From: Octopus vulgaris
Lineage: Eukaryota
Direction: 5' to 3'
DNA length: 64,000 nucleotides
Assembly (NCBI GenBank): GCA_951406725.2
Contig: OX597815.1
Span: 175,832,001-175,896,000, forward strand
The position numbers and the translations under genes were made by a program. The notes beneath the pieces are model-generated. The model searched no databases. It had not been told where the DNA came from and was given only the letters and a program-made list of their open reading frames with translations. Position 1 is the first letter of the stretch; every line of letters starts with the position of its first letter. Shown here in pieces: positions 39,451 to 52,198 of this stretch.

Positions 39451-40782
39451 TACTTTTGCTAATTTCTGATGTTGTTTAAATCCGGATACTGTAATTTATC
39501 CATTGCTGCGGGTGCTTTTGTTATTGTTGTTGTTGTCGTCGTTGTTTTACTTAATAAAGTAAAACTTCCAGAAAGCCTTGTGATATTCTTGATCTCATTA
39601 AAGCCTGGATGCTCCTTTGATCTCCAGTAACCACTTATAGTTGCTGATAGCATCCGTGCTCATCATATGCCTTCATTGTTATACAAAGATGACGATAGGC
39701 CAGCGCAAGATGTTTATATTATAATCATTGGCCGTAATAATAATGTTTCAGAGGCAGTTGTGTTGTACACCAGCCCTTTCATTTCCTCAGCTCATCCTCA
39801 GTTTTTTTTTTAAAGGGCAAAAAACAACAACAAAAAAAACCCAGACATACATTTCTATATATCCTGTCCTGAGCGATGGAGTACATAATCCGCTAGACAT
39901 CGGCTTGGCTTCGTCCATGTTTTGGATGAACCCCGGTCTTTTGAAAAAGGGAAATATGCCATCCTATTCCTCGAGTCCTCCTGCATATATTTGTGGAATA
40001 AGAAGGCACTGCTTTTCCCGATATACTACGTCAATCTCGTCTCATTTCCTGAGCTGTTTTCAAGTCAAGATCATCGTCGGTTTGACACGGAGCATTAGCA
40101 AATGATGGAATATTGATACTGGCGCTATTCATACTGTTCATACTGTTTCCATTCAGTTTAATGTCTTCCACACTACTTTCTGTATCTTCTGTTGTATGAA
40201 TGAAAATGTATGTTTTAGCTTGAAGCAACGTCTGGATATTTGATAATTTCATTTTCTGTTTACAATTAAAATTCTCTACGTCCGTCTGAAAATAATTGTA
40301 AGCGTATTCATTAAGGTTACTCCCACCGCCACCGTGAAGAACGCTTCATTCTTCTTTTGCGGCGGTCACGAGGAAGCGCTCACAAACATATTGTGAATGG
40401 ATATTCGTAAAAAAAATGTATAAACTTTTAAAATGTCCGAAGGCAAACCATTTTTTAAAACAAATTCCCCGTAGCCCTCAGTTTTCTTTTGGCCTTCACC
40501 CACTTCAGGAAGCAAGTCATCAAGTACACTTTATTACCATGTCCACTTCTCTTCTCCAAGTCGGTGGTATTTGGAAATCATCAGACCCTCACATAACCGG
40601 AAACATTTTCAATATATGAAACTGTTTCTCATCAGATAATCCGTTTAAAGTTTACTTTCTTCGTGAAGCTTTATTTACAGACGTCTGTTTGCTACAAGAT
40701 GCAACAACAACAACAACGACAACGACGATGATAACAACGATACTTTTTGTTCTTGCTCAAGAGATCAATGCAAAACTTGTCA

Positions 40783-40926
40783 TATAGAAAGAATTAAAGT
40801 GGGTATGTAGAAAGAATTAAAGGGGGCATGTAGAAAGAGTTAAAGGGGGTATGTAGAAAGAATTAAAGGGGGTATGTAGAAAGAGTTAAAGGGGGTATGC
40901 AGAAAGAATTAAAGGGGGTATGTAGA
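40783..40926 (+). repeat. Minisatellite, ~6 copies of a 23-24-bp unit atgtagaaaga(a/g)ttaaagggggt
   Basis: Direct tandem units with no spacers. Confidence 0.9.
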
Positions 40927-40999
40927 CCCATACACATATGTATAAACGCCTACTCATATATCATAAATGCAATAAATTAAGACACGTCAACGGTTTGGT

Positions 41000-42200
41000 G
41001 CACGAAATGTACAAGTAAGGGCAACACAACCACAGAAATAGGGAAGGACATTCGCCTGGATAAGATTGAAGCTTTCCAAAACCTTCTTTACTTTCAAATC
41101 CGATTAAATGCAAACTAAATGGTCCGAAATTGCACCTAAGCATGCATATACAACTAAATGTATTAAAACAAACCATCTTTCCCACTTCAATGTAAAGCGA
41201 TACATGTCCTCATATTTTGACTCGCTTTGCTCTCGAAACGGTAGAAAAAAAGTCATTGCATATATGGATCTTGGGAAAATATATTTTCCGGGCTGATCTC
41301 CGTCAAGCAAGTCCGTTTACAGCTGATAAAGGTAGACGGAACACTCGAAATCAAATCTAACTGTAAAAAATGGAAATCTTGGAGAAGTTAAAATACAAAA
41401 ACAGGTATCTTTCCACGTGGTGGCTTTTCAGTGCCACAGATCATAATTGACTGACTCGTATTCTGCGAAATGAAAAAAACTGGATACTATTTTGGAAAAA
41501 GAAAAAAAGAGAGATGACTTATTCTTTAAGGGGGGATTTGAAACTCTTCGGAAGTAATAAAATGGTGGAAGAAAGACTGGAAAATACGGTGAAAATTTTT
41601 ACTGCAAATATAAGCTGGAAATTTGAACGGAAGAAGTATCTGACATTAACCATGGAATGGAGTTGACTTGTAAAGGGAATATAGAGACGGTAGAGATGCA
41701 AATAACGGATATAAAGACTTCAGTATGTTGGAAGCAGATACTGAAGCATCAACTTGGAATATATCATCCCAAAAGAATAAACACATTGAAAAGTGACCTC
41801 AACATGACTCATTGGAGTCAACACCATAAATTCATGGACAGCCGCACTTGTAAGGTCGAACGTGGGTTGTGCAAGTTGGTAGAAAGAAGAATTGTAAAAA
41901 ATAAACACGAAAATGGGGAAAATGTCGACAATGAACAAGTTACATCACCACAGGAAAAATTACAAGAGACATATAGCAAAAATGACTTTTGAATCTTAGA
42001 AGTGGCTACAAAAAGACTTTTAGAAGAAAAAAAGAAGGGTCGATATTTGTAATCTCTGTTGCCATCCATAACTCGATAGAAGAATATGGCGTACTTCAAA
42101 TTGCAAATTTAGAGGTAAAGGCTCCGTCTAAACAAACTTATATAGAATTTGTTGTTTTCCAAATCCTGATGAAATGAATTTCTATTTTGACAACAAACGC
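41000..42200 (+). mobile_element. Possible decayed hAT-like transposase remnant
   Basis: Fragment EMQITDIKTSVCWK resembles hAT C-terminal region text; heavily interrupted. Confidence 0.25.
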
Positions 42201-42843
42201 TTCATCATTGAGTTTCTATGAAGAAGATATAGTTCGGCAATTTTATAATTACCTTGATGCTTATTTTGTCTGTTGTTTCTATATGATAATACCGATCTGT
42301 GCTTGAGTGGTACTTTTTAAAGAAAGTAGGGTGTGATTTGAGGGAGATCTGGCTGCTATTTCTTAAAAGTTGAGTAACCACGGAGAAGTTATTTTCTGGC
42401 TTGTCGAAACGAGGTAGATATTCCATTTATGGATGTTTTCCCCAATAACCAAATTGGCTAAGCGACTCTAAAACTTGTTAAAGTGCTATTAAGTAACAAG
42501 TTCATGTACTCAACATAAAGTATTCCATGGAATTCACAAATCCGAAATTTATAAGCATTGTATTCAGATACCAATATCGAATTCAATCAGCAGTGATAGA
42601 AGGCACGGAAATAATGTGACCGAAAGATGTGTTGACGCAATATTTAAAATGTGAGAAGTGTGGATATAAAAGTGACAAAAACAAAAGACTATTGGTTGCT
42701 ATAGTGATGTTACTCAGTAAATAATCTCAAGATATTTATAAACAGGTCACAACCCGCTGTTTGTGGAAGGCTGCTATCAACTATCAGAAAAAGTATTCAT
42801 TTGTAGCTGACTCACGAGAATTTCCAAACGACAGGCATAAACT

Positions 42844-42882
<39 letters not shown>

Positions 42883-42968
42883 TAAAGAGATTAAGAGAGA
42901 AATGTATTCTTGCAAATATATTCCGGCAACACTTACACACATGCATATATACAACCTTACACATACGT

Positions 42969-43004
<36 letters not shown>

Positions 43005-45211
43005 TCTGAAAAGTCAAGTTGGGAAATATGAAAGAGATACACCATTTTGCTACAACAATATCCATTATTTTGGTCGTTGCTATCAATACTGACAACATGA
43101 TAAATTTTACTAATAGCCCATCGATGGAGTGAATTGGTAGATAGTAAATACTTATAGATTCCTATCAGACAGCAAAGCTTCTATTGAATTTGGTTGGAAT
43201 AAGTCACCCACATCGTCACCACGCACACATAGAATATATTTAAAGAAAATAATTATTGAATTTACCTAAAGATAGTGAATGATATTAAAACGGAATATTT
43301 GTGTGTCCACCATTTTACAGTGTTGCATCTATGTTTGTATATTTTCGTTTATTTTCGAAATTCTCCTGATTATGCATTTGTGTTGCAAGTGAACAAGAGC
43401 AGCGGAGTTTAAGCCACTACAGATGAAAATGGAAATTTATTTCAAAATTTAACTGGCAGGAAGATTAAAATCTTCTTTACAGTATCTGTCTCAGAGTTAT
43501 CAAAATGAATATTTTCTAATCAGCAAGACATTTCAGATGTTTAGAGATGGGAACTATTAACGTTCATGACTTTCACAGGGCATCGAGAACTCCAATTATA
43601 TCGCAGTTTTGACCGTTGTTCAGTTTCTTTCTCGTTTACGAAATGTTACAATATATATTAACCAAATACATGCCCAATATTTTGTGAGGGAATAATTTTT
43701 TTTTTAATGAACTTTCATAAATTATACCTACCAGCAGAAAAAACAGACCTCTGGGCGGTTTTCTGCTGGCATTTGTGTTGCACTTGACAGTATGCTCATG
43801 AATTGAGCAAAGACTCTGTTATAGTTTATTCTGTAATCAGTAAAATAATCCATGATGCATTTAAAAAAAGACAATAATGAAAATTGGAAAGGAGATGAGA
43901 CTGTCAAGGGAAAATGTTCATGAATCTTCACTTCAGTGAATTTGAAAATAGATTCTCTGCTGGGAATTAAGGAATTACATTTACCAATACGAAGAGTTGA
44001 GTTTTGCTATATTGTTCTTTCATTATATTCACTTATAGACATCTTTTCCTTTTTCCTAATGCCCCTTTCCTAGCAATTAAAAAGAAACTTAAATACATTT
44101 CAATTAAAAGAGAGCAATGAATGTCTCACATCACTGTAGACCTTTTTTGTTTTTGCAGACACAACTGTCAGCAAATGGACCCCTTTTCATTTATCTCGGT
44201 TAATAACTTTAATATTTTCTTTTCTTGATGCTTTTGATAATGCAACACACATCCGACTTTGTGCGAAGGATTGTGTTGGGAGATGATATTAAAGACTAAA
44301 TAATTTCAAAGTGGTACTCCAGCATGACCGAAGTCTAACACAATTTTGAAAACTTAATTCTATTGGATAGGGATTATTGTTTTTGCACTACGTAATACTT
44401 TTAAAAATAATTTACTCACTTCTTTTTGGAGGCTTTTTTAGCTTCATTACATTTCTACGAACGCGAAGGAAAGCTATTTGTTTACGTATGGAATTCAAAC
44501 GGAAGATGACATTTAAAACAGAAGCGAATGTTGTAATATTAAGCATTATAATTTATGTTTAATATACAAATAAACTTTATAGTTAAAAGTTCTTTTAATA
44601 TTCATTTATTATTTCTTCAAAGTAATATGACATTTTAAATAAGGTGGAATGGGGGGGGGGGACTGGACACAGTCCTGCACTTCTTCAATCATTCACTGAC
44701 TATGGAAAAAACTAAAGACAAAATACTCATTTATTGCTAATCTGAAAACATAGACACTAACCTTGTCAGAACGAAATCAGTTGACAAATATAAAATTATA
44801 AATGTATATTTGTTTGCTAAGAAGCATGAAAGAGTTCTCCTTCTATAAATTCCACCTAATTCGGCCGATATGTTGCCAATATTTGACTTTTAGATTCGTT
44901 GTCCAAAATAACTGTCATGATGTTTTACACAATCCGTTGACCTTTGCAAAATCCGAGAAGAATATTTTGTCTAATGCAAAGACAGCCACAACAATATAAG
45001 GCATATGTGTTATGAATAATGTTACCAATTTTGTTCAGTTTCTACTAAACGGAATTTGAGTCTAACACGGACCACAAAAACGAACCCGTTATCAGTCATT
45101 CGGTGTTCTGGTTAATTAAAGAAGTACCGGTTTATTGTTAACCGACCTGGGTCAGAAACAGATGGAAGGGAAGTATATAGGCGTTGATTTTAAGGAGGAA
45201 TAGAGTGAACA

Positions 45212-45251
<40 letters not shown>

Positions 45252-47013
45252 TGTGTGTGTGTTTGTGTGTGTGTACGTGCTTTGAGGGAATGTAGTGGGG
45301 TGAGCATAGTCGACTCTATTGATACAGCCGAATGCAGTTAGTACTGTTGTTATCTGGTACTTAACAGGGTAGAAAGCGTTGCATGAATCTTGAACACACA
45401 AAGGATTTCGCTTTGTATTTTTATTTCTTGTATAGCAATATGGTAGAGTGGTGTAACCTACTCTATCCACGATGAAAGATTCGAACACAGTACTTGAATA
45501 TTATATTCAATCTTGATATTCACAGTGAGGATGTGTATTTAACTTCAGCATACATTTACAATTAGGGGAGCTAATTCGGTCTGAAAAAGGAAAATATTTG
45601 GGTTATAATCAAGTTAAGTGAAGGGCAACTTGTTCTACTCCCAGAACTTTCTACAACAGCCACCTCTCAACTTGACAATCTTCGACTCTCCAGCCGAAAT
45701 TTTCAAAGAATATATAACATGGAGTTCTGGAAGTATTCTTGTGATATTTAAATCTGGGTTTGTCGCCTCAACATTTTCTCTTATCACTATTGTAATTGGA
45801 ACAGTGTGAACGCGTAAATTGTTCACAGGAAATTCGCGAAATGAAGGCGGTAGATATCTTCTGGTTGTATAGATAGGTTCACACTGAGATATAAAGAAAA
45901 AATACTTGTAATTGAACTTAGCAAAACCTAGTATTTGCAAGTACTATTCATACTTCGTAACCTCTAGTCCGATTAGTGAAGAATGTTTTTGGGCCGACAT
46001 TGGCAGAAAAAAAAAAAATTATCGACACAGTTTGCATTCAGAAGAAAATCGAAGAAGTGGAATTTGGTGCTAAAGCGATATTTTCGTTATTATAAAGTGC
46101 TAAATAAGAAAGCTACAGGCTCGAGATGTAAAGCTTGTTTTCTTAATTATGTGAGGCTGTTGAAGAAGTGTGAATTAATGTGGTAAATTGCCAAGTTATA
46201 CGAAGCAAACGAAGTGACGTGTAATGAAGTATGATGTTTGGTAAAGTGGAATTAGTAGAGTACTAGTTTTGTATTACTTCTATATCTGCCTAGTTTCAAA
46301 AACAAAATTTCTTACGTAGCAGTTCATATTGAAATTCAAATGAATTTTACTGTTGCAAGCAATATGATATTCAAAATGTATTTCGAGGCGAGGCTACATA
46401 CATTTTTGTCTTTCCAAAGAAATTCAACGAGAGAAAAGCCCCCAGACAACAACGAGGCATCAACCCGACCGTTGTAACAGATAGACGTTACAGTCAAGTT
46501 TAGCGCAAACAGCATCTTACCATAGCAAAATGCATGGAGTAATTAAATATTGTAGATCTGGATAAATTGTTTGAGACTAAGGTTAGGTGGCCTTGGCTTT
46601 AACACTTTTGTCTGACTCCTGTTTTAATAGGGTGAAATTGGGTCTTCAAAGCATCCACGATTATAACATTTATCACAGCATGTAGTGAGTGAATACGATC
46701 ATTCTAATCAAGAATACGCGCACAAATATTTATAAACAGGCGTTTAGAAATGGAAGCCGGCAACGAGCATTAAAGAGTTGCATGATTATTACGCTAATCA
46801 CTGTATATGCTAGAGCGAAAGAAAAGTTAGCCGAATGAAGGGCAGGCATTCCCAAAGAATTAATTACCACCGAATCTAGGAGCAAATGAAACACAATAGC
46901 TAAACCTCGTCTATCAAACGTGCGCAGCAATGTCAATTTGCTAAATCTATAACACTACCAACTGTGGACATGCAAATACATCTACAAACGTCACCAAAGA
47001 AATGCATCGCATA

Positions 47014-47060
<47 letters not shown>

Positions 47061-48664
47061 GCGTGCGCGCGTGCATGTATGTGTGTGTGTATGTATACAT
47101 ACATACAAATTTATACATGTGTATATGTGTATGATTGTAAATGTGTATGTACGCATGTGTGATTGCAGCAGGGCACTGCTATTCTAGAGTACGATGCCTG
47201 TGTGTGGAGAGTGAAGAGTTTAATAAGAAATACATTGTCCTAGGCGTGTAATCAAATGCTGTCCTCCACAGTGTTCCAAACTGTGTGTTTGATCGGAGAA
47301 ATTGCTTCAATCTAAATAATTGTAGGTCCTTTGTAATCCAATTCTTGGCAATAAACTGCACCGAAGTAACGTGAAATAATATTCTGGGATAACAATGAAA
47401 CGCTAGAACCGAATTTGACTAAATAGTGAAAACCGTATCCAGTGATTCATACCACTGTTACAAATACTCACATACACACGCACACACACACACACATACA
47501 TACACACACACACACACACACTTATTCACATGCATGCTCGTGCTCATTAACAATCAGAGAGAATGAAATCCAAACCCAGTGAGAACGTTGGAATGCTGTT
47601 CCTCGATTTATATAAAAAGTCGAATTTCGTATTTGATGGAGATTCATTGCCATGTCTAAGTGTTTACTCGATTTTTAAAAAATTTCTTTTACACATCAAT
47701 TATGAAAATCTGTTTCGTATGAACAATTCCCCGCTTTACTCTTTTTAGTTTCTCCTATTCATTTTTCTTTGCATTCACTTTCTTCATCCCAAACACATTT
47801 GCTTATTTTCCACAAGTTTTTCATATTTCATGTTATTTCCATAATATTCACGTCGTCTAATCGTCTCCACGTAATTGCCTTCCTATTAATCGCGTTCCTC
47901 CTCTATAACAATCTGATTAGCTTACTTGGGTTTCTGACAAAACTTCTGACACTGTATTCGTCGGTAGAGTCTTTGTTGGTTGTGTTACTATTAATACTGT
48001 TGTTATTGGCGTGGTTCTCTGCTTGCTGCCCTTACTTCCGCTGTACCAGCTCAGCATTCTACACTCATACGTTTTGTTTCTATGTACAGATCTACCGCTG
48101 AAAAGTAACATTAGACGGCAAAAGGAATTATCTTTTGTTATTTCAAGCTTGAACATATTACTGTTTCCATATCTACCGATTCTCTCATTCTCTAGTTTGT
48201 ATATTACCTTTGCAGAACATTCCAGATCATTTACAGTCTGATGGTTTATTTCTCACAGAAACTAAAGTAAAATAAATAACTTAAATATCCGAAAGCTGTA
48301 GTCATTATAGACAATATTAAATTACAAACCATTTTTTTAAAACACGAAAACGCTGGATAACGAACTGAATGAATCTCTTTCATCGACGGTTCAACAGAAT
48401 TCTAAACACATTTATTCTGCGTAATTAATCTATAAATGTTTATATCCTAATATTGCCTTCCAAGAACAGTTTTGAGCTGAAGCTATCGATATGTTATCAA
48501 GCACCACCCCGACAGAAGTGTTCTAAGTTCATCGTAGCTTTCGGGCTGAGTTGCACTCTAACCACACGAGACCTAATTCGCCTCAGATAGAACCAAAAGT
48601 CAAAAGAAAAACTATTTCTTCAAATATGAATTTAGCAAAATTGATCAAGTCTTGACGTTAAATA

Positions 48665-48862
48665 GGTGAGATGAAAGAATCGTTAGCACGCCCTACAAAA
48701 TGTTTGGCAGCATTTGGTCCGTCTTTACGCTCTGAGTTCAAATTCGACTTTGCGTTTCATTACTTTAGGGTTCGATAAAATAAGTACGAGTTGAGCACTG
48801 GGGTCTGTGTAACCGATTTACACTTCCCCCGAAATTATTGGCTTTGTGCAATAATTTGAAAG
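48665..48862 (+). mobile_element. SINE family 1 copy
   Basis: agaatcgttagcacgcc ... ctgagttcaaattcgactttgc ... gataaaataagtac. Confidence 0.7.
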
Positions 48863-49088
48863 TGATACGTATGTTCCTCAAAGTTATTGCTGCATGAGTT
48901 TGCTGATATTTTCTGACTGAGATTAACATCCTCATGTATGCGGTGGCGTGTGTGTATATATCATACACAAACATCCAGTTACTGCCCCCACAACACACAC
49001 ACACACTCACCCACAGATACCAAACATTCTTCACACTCTCTTGTCCCAGAAAGCACTTACTCTTTGTCCATCTATTTCCGATCATACC

Positions 49089-49270
49089 AAAATGTAACTA
49101 CACGTAGCCTGTTGGCGATTTTTCTCTCCCTTCTATTTCTTTCGGACTTTCCTCTGTCTCCTGTTTCTGAAGAAGAGCGTTGCTCGAAACGTAAAACAAC
49201 CACTCTTTATTTCTTTCTCCGAGCGTCATATTAATACTTTGCATGTACCATCGCGCTGCTGTTTTTAACT
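49089..49270 (+). mobile_element. ~180-bp HHR-containing element (family C, related to A)
   Basis: 5' end aaaatgtaact..gttggcgattttt resembles family A. HHR followed by gagcgtc..taatacttt.catg.acca; ends at (TA)n. Confidence 0.65.
49162..49198 (+). ncRNA. Minimal type I hammerhead ribozyme motif, intact core
   Basis: tgttt-CTGAAGA-a-GAGC(gtt)GCTC-GAAA-cg-TA-aaaca. 5-bp stem I, palindromic ACGT stem III. Confidence 0.8.
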
Positions 49271-50599
49271 ATATATATCCAAACACATACACATATCAAA
49301 AATGAGCTATGAGTAATAATTTAGAATCGCCACTGGTGTGAACAGCATAGACAAATACTGGGTGTTCAAATCATACAACATAATAAATAAAAATGGTCTC
49401 TTACTCTAGAGGATGAGTCAAAATTACAGAAGATAAACGAGACCGGCTGTCAATGGAAAGAAGAGGTAAAACTCTAAATGAAAAATGTTCCAGAGTTGAC
49501 ACGCCATTTACGGTGAGTGACAAGCTTATTGTCAGGAGATAAAAGGACAATCTCACTTGTCATTTGGAAAATTGTGAGACATCCCCTAGAGGCGGAGAAA
49601 ATTTAAATAGATCAATAGTTTCTGTTGTCCCTGTTTCTCTCTACATTGTTCCATTTCATTCCACTAGCTTCCCCACCTTATTCCTTTTAGCTCACTTTTT
49701 TCAAATTATGCAAATAACCGAAACCGTTCTATTCATTTATGTTCTACTCTCTCAGGCCACTGAAGAGGAGGTAAGTCAGTTGTCTCGCTGATGGCACTTC
49801 TTGAAGTTAAAAAACCCCTGTCTGCAACTTCGGTTTATCTCCTGACTATAAACCTGTTCTTTGCCTTCATAAAGTTCCAGCTTTGGGGAATTATTTCTTG
49901 CGATTGTCTCCCTTTCTGAGATGGAGCTGTTCTCAATTACCAGCTGTGACTGTGTCACATCCTCTAGAAGGGCAAAAATTAATAAATCAAAAGTTCATTA
50001 TGTATGGTTCTTAATATATATGTATATGCCTCTATTTCTAACTCTACACACACAAACACACATACACATACTCGCAGAAGTACACACAAGCACACATGCG
50101 TATATGTGTACGTATATGTAGATACAGACCCAGGCATGCGTGTATACATAAAAACACGTGTGTGCATGTGTGTGAGTACGTGCGTCTAAACAGATAAAAC
50201 ACCCATGACGTTTAGCTAACTGCAAGTATACCCGTCTCAATCATTTACCCTTTCATCTTCTCATTTCCATTCTTACATTCATAGGAATGAGACAAGAATT
50301 TTTGCTCCTACAAATCAGTTATATCCTGGTTATTTTATGCGATTAAGAGTTGATCAGCGTCCTACAGCTGTTGGTTTACCTCTATTTGAAAATGTTTGGA
50401 AAGAAGCCAATGAATGGAACTGAAGGTAGCAATGCAAAAATGAACCATCCAGAGTGTGCGCTGGATTATAAACTTGATGCTTTAAAAATGTTTGATGCGG
50501 GGGAAAACATCAGCCACATTGCCAAAACTTTAAAAATGCTATGGAAAAAAAAATAACAGTGAAAGGCAGATTTTTTTCACAGCATTTTTTCGATGGCCC

Positions 50600-50660
50600 G
50601 ATAGCTGAAGAGATGCCGGCGTGGGTTCCCGCCCCGACATCCGAAACTCGGAGTTTTATC
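50600..50660 (+). ncRNA. Type I hammerhead ribozyme motif with extended GC-rich stem II
   Basis: gatag-CTGAAGA-GATG(ccggcgtgggttcccgccccga)CATC-c-GAAA-ctc(g)gag-TT-ttatc. Stem I gatag/ttatc with one G.U pair, GUU triplet. Confidence 0.75.
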
Positions 50661-50820
50661 ATGGCTGCCGATTAATTGTCGCATATTTTATTTACAGATA
50701 AATTCCTCATTTACATAATATCGAGGTCTCTTTCATTATTTTTTTTGTCTTGCTATATCTAACAATATTTCTTGCTATTTCTATCAATATTTCTATCTCT
50801 CCTTGTTTTTTCTGTATCCC

Positions 50821-50854
50821 TTTCTGTAGAGGAGCGTAGGCTCGAAACGTAAAA
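50821..50854 (+). ncRNA. Minimal hammerhead-like motif with variant core CUGUAGA
   Basis: ttt-CTGTAGA-g-GAGC(gtag)GCTC-GAAA-cg-TA-aaa. Same scaffold as the 49162 and 51875 motifs, with an A6U substitution. Confidence 0.6.
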
Positions 50855-50965
50855 TACCTTTTCTATTCCTGAGCGTTATACTAATACATCCGTTTGTTTT
50901 GTACACCACCTGTCTTCGTCTTTTGTTTTTTTTCATAAACTCTCCCTATATATATATATATATCT

Positions 50966-51330
50966 AGGCGCAGATGTGGCTGTATGATAAGAAGCCTGCG
51001 CCCCAAACCACATGGTTTCGGGTTCTGTACCTTAGGCAAGTTTCGTCCACTTTAGCCTCGAGCCGAGCAGAGCCTTGTAAGTGGACACACACAAACACAC
51101 ATATATATATATATATATGTATATATTTTTGTGTGTGTCTTTCTGTCTGTGTTTGTCCCTCACCACTGCTTGACAACCGGTGTTGGTGCGTCTGCGTCCC
51201 CGTAATTTAGAGGTTCGGAAAAAGAAACCGGTGAAAAAAATACGTGCTGGGATCGAATCCTTCGACTAAAAATTCTTCAAGGCGGTGCACCAGCATGGGC
51301 GCAGTCTAATGAGTGAAATAAGTATAAGAC
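50966..51330 (+). mobile_element. tRNA-derived SINE family 2 (CORE-like), near full length
   Basis: Head ggcgcagatgtggctg..aagaagc..ggttc, then ttaggcaagt; 3' part gcttgacaaccgg..ggttcgg..aaggcggtgcaccagcatg..gcagtc..tga.tgaaa. Related pieces at 3820-3925 (-), 5355-5402 (-), 20782-20916 (+), 51625-51780 (-) and 52205-52390 (-). Confidence 0.7.
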
Positions 51331-51797
51331 AACATAAGGATGTGAAGCTTCCAAAAATTGTCGGATGCTTCTTGAGGGCGGAAAGTTTCATCTTCCTCTT
51401 GGAAGAATGGTTTTTCAGACATGTCCTGCTGTAGAAAGATACAGTCTTATAAAAAGTTACAGGAAAGTTCAGTGCGAAAAATTATGAATCGTCTTAGAAA
51501 AGGCACCAAGTCACCCACTGAACTCCAAAGAGTTTTCTGATAATATGAGAGGAGAATACATCCTAAGAATACAACTTAGCTCCAGCCAATGGATGAAGGT
51601 CTGGCCTTGATTTTTTTATCTTTATCTTTTACTTGTTTTTTGTCATTAGACCCTGGCCATGCTGGTGTACAACACTAGTAGAATATTAGTCGAAAGAATT
51701 TTGTAAGGCCTGGTACTTGTTCTCTTTTGCGGAATCGCTAAGTTACGGATAGGTAAGCACATCAACAATCGGTGGTGGGACACACACACACACAATA

Positions 51798-52006
51798 CAA
51801 AATGTGACCGCGTGTGAACCGTTGGCGATTTTTTTCCCTCCGTCTTCCCTTCTCTGGATCTTTCCTTTTCCTATGTTTCTGACGAAGAGCTCCGCTCGAA
51901 ACGTAAAACCCTCCTTCTTCCGTTCCTTCCTGAGCGTCCAATAATAAAATATTTGTTCCACGTCCTCGCATTGTTGGGTTTTCTCTTTGTGTTTTCATGT
52001 TTGGAT

Positions 52007-52010
<4 letters not shown>
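51798..52010 (+). mobile_element. ~210-bp HHR-containing non-autonomous element (family A)
   Basis: Starts aaaatgtgaccgcgtgtg, contains the HHR followed by ctgagcgtccaataa...gttccacgtcctcgc, and ends at (TA)n. Confidence 0.75.
51875..51909 (+). ncRNA. Minimal type I hammerhead ribozyme motif, intact core
   Basis: gttt-CTGACGA-a-GAGC(tcc)GCTC-GAAA-cg-TA-aaac. Stem I gttt/aaac, stem II GAGC/GCTC, palindromic stem III ACGT, GUA cleavage triplet. Confidence 0.8.
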
Positions 52011-52049
<39 letters not shown>

Positions 52050-52110
52050 CAATTGTTTGTTTGTATTCCACCTGCCTTCGTCTTTTGTTTATTTTCATAA
52101 AGCTTCCCGT

Positions 52111-52198
<88 letters not shown>

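Larger units (their letters stand above)
50575..50948 (+). mobile_element. Family B HHR element preceded by a second HHR (tandem HHR cassette)
   Basis: Two same-orientation HHR motifs (50600 and 50821). The 3' part matches 24083-24266 and ends in aaactctccc-(TA)n. Confidence 0.65.

Noticed and set aside
39880-40300. Possible LTR-retrotransposon pol remnant
   Set aside because: Only a vague resemblance; no diagnostic motif is readable.
40783-40926. CRISPR-like repeat
   Set aside because: No spacers, no cas genes, and a eukaryotic context.
47769-48101. Hydrophobic ORF as possible TM6-TM7
   Set aside because: No CWxP or NPxxY motif; the hydrophobicity reflects T-rich composition.
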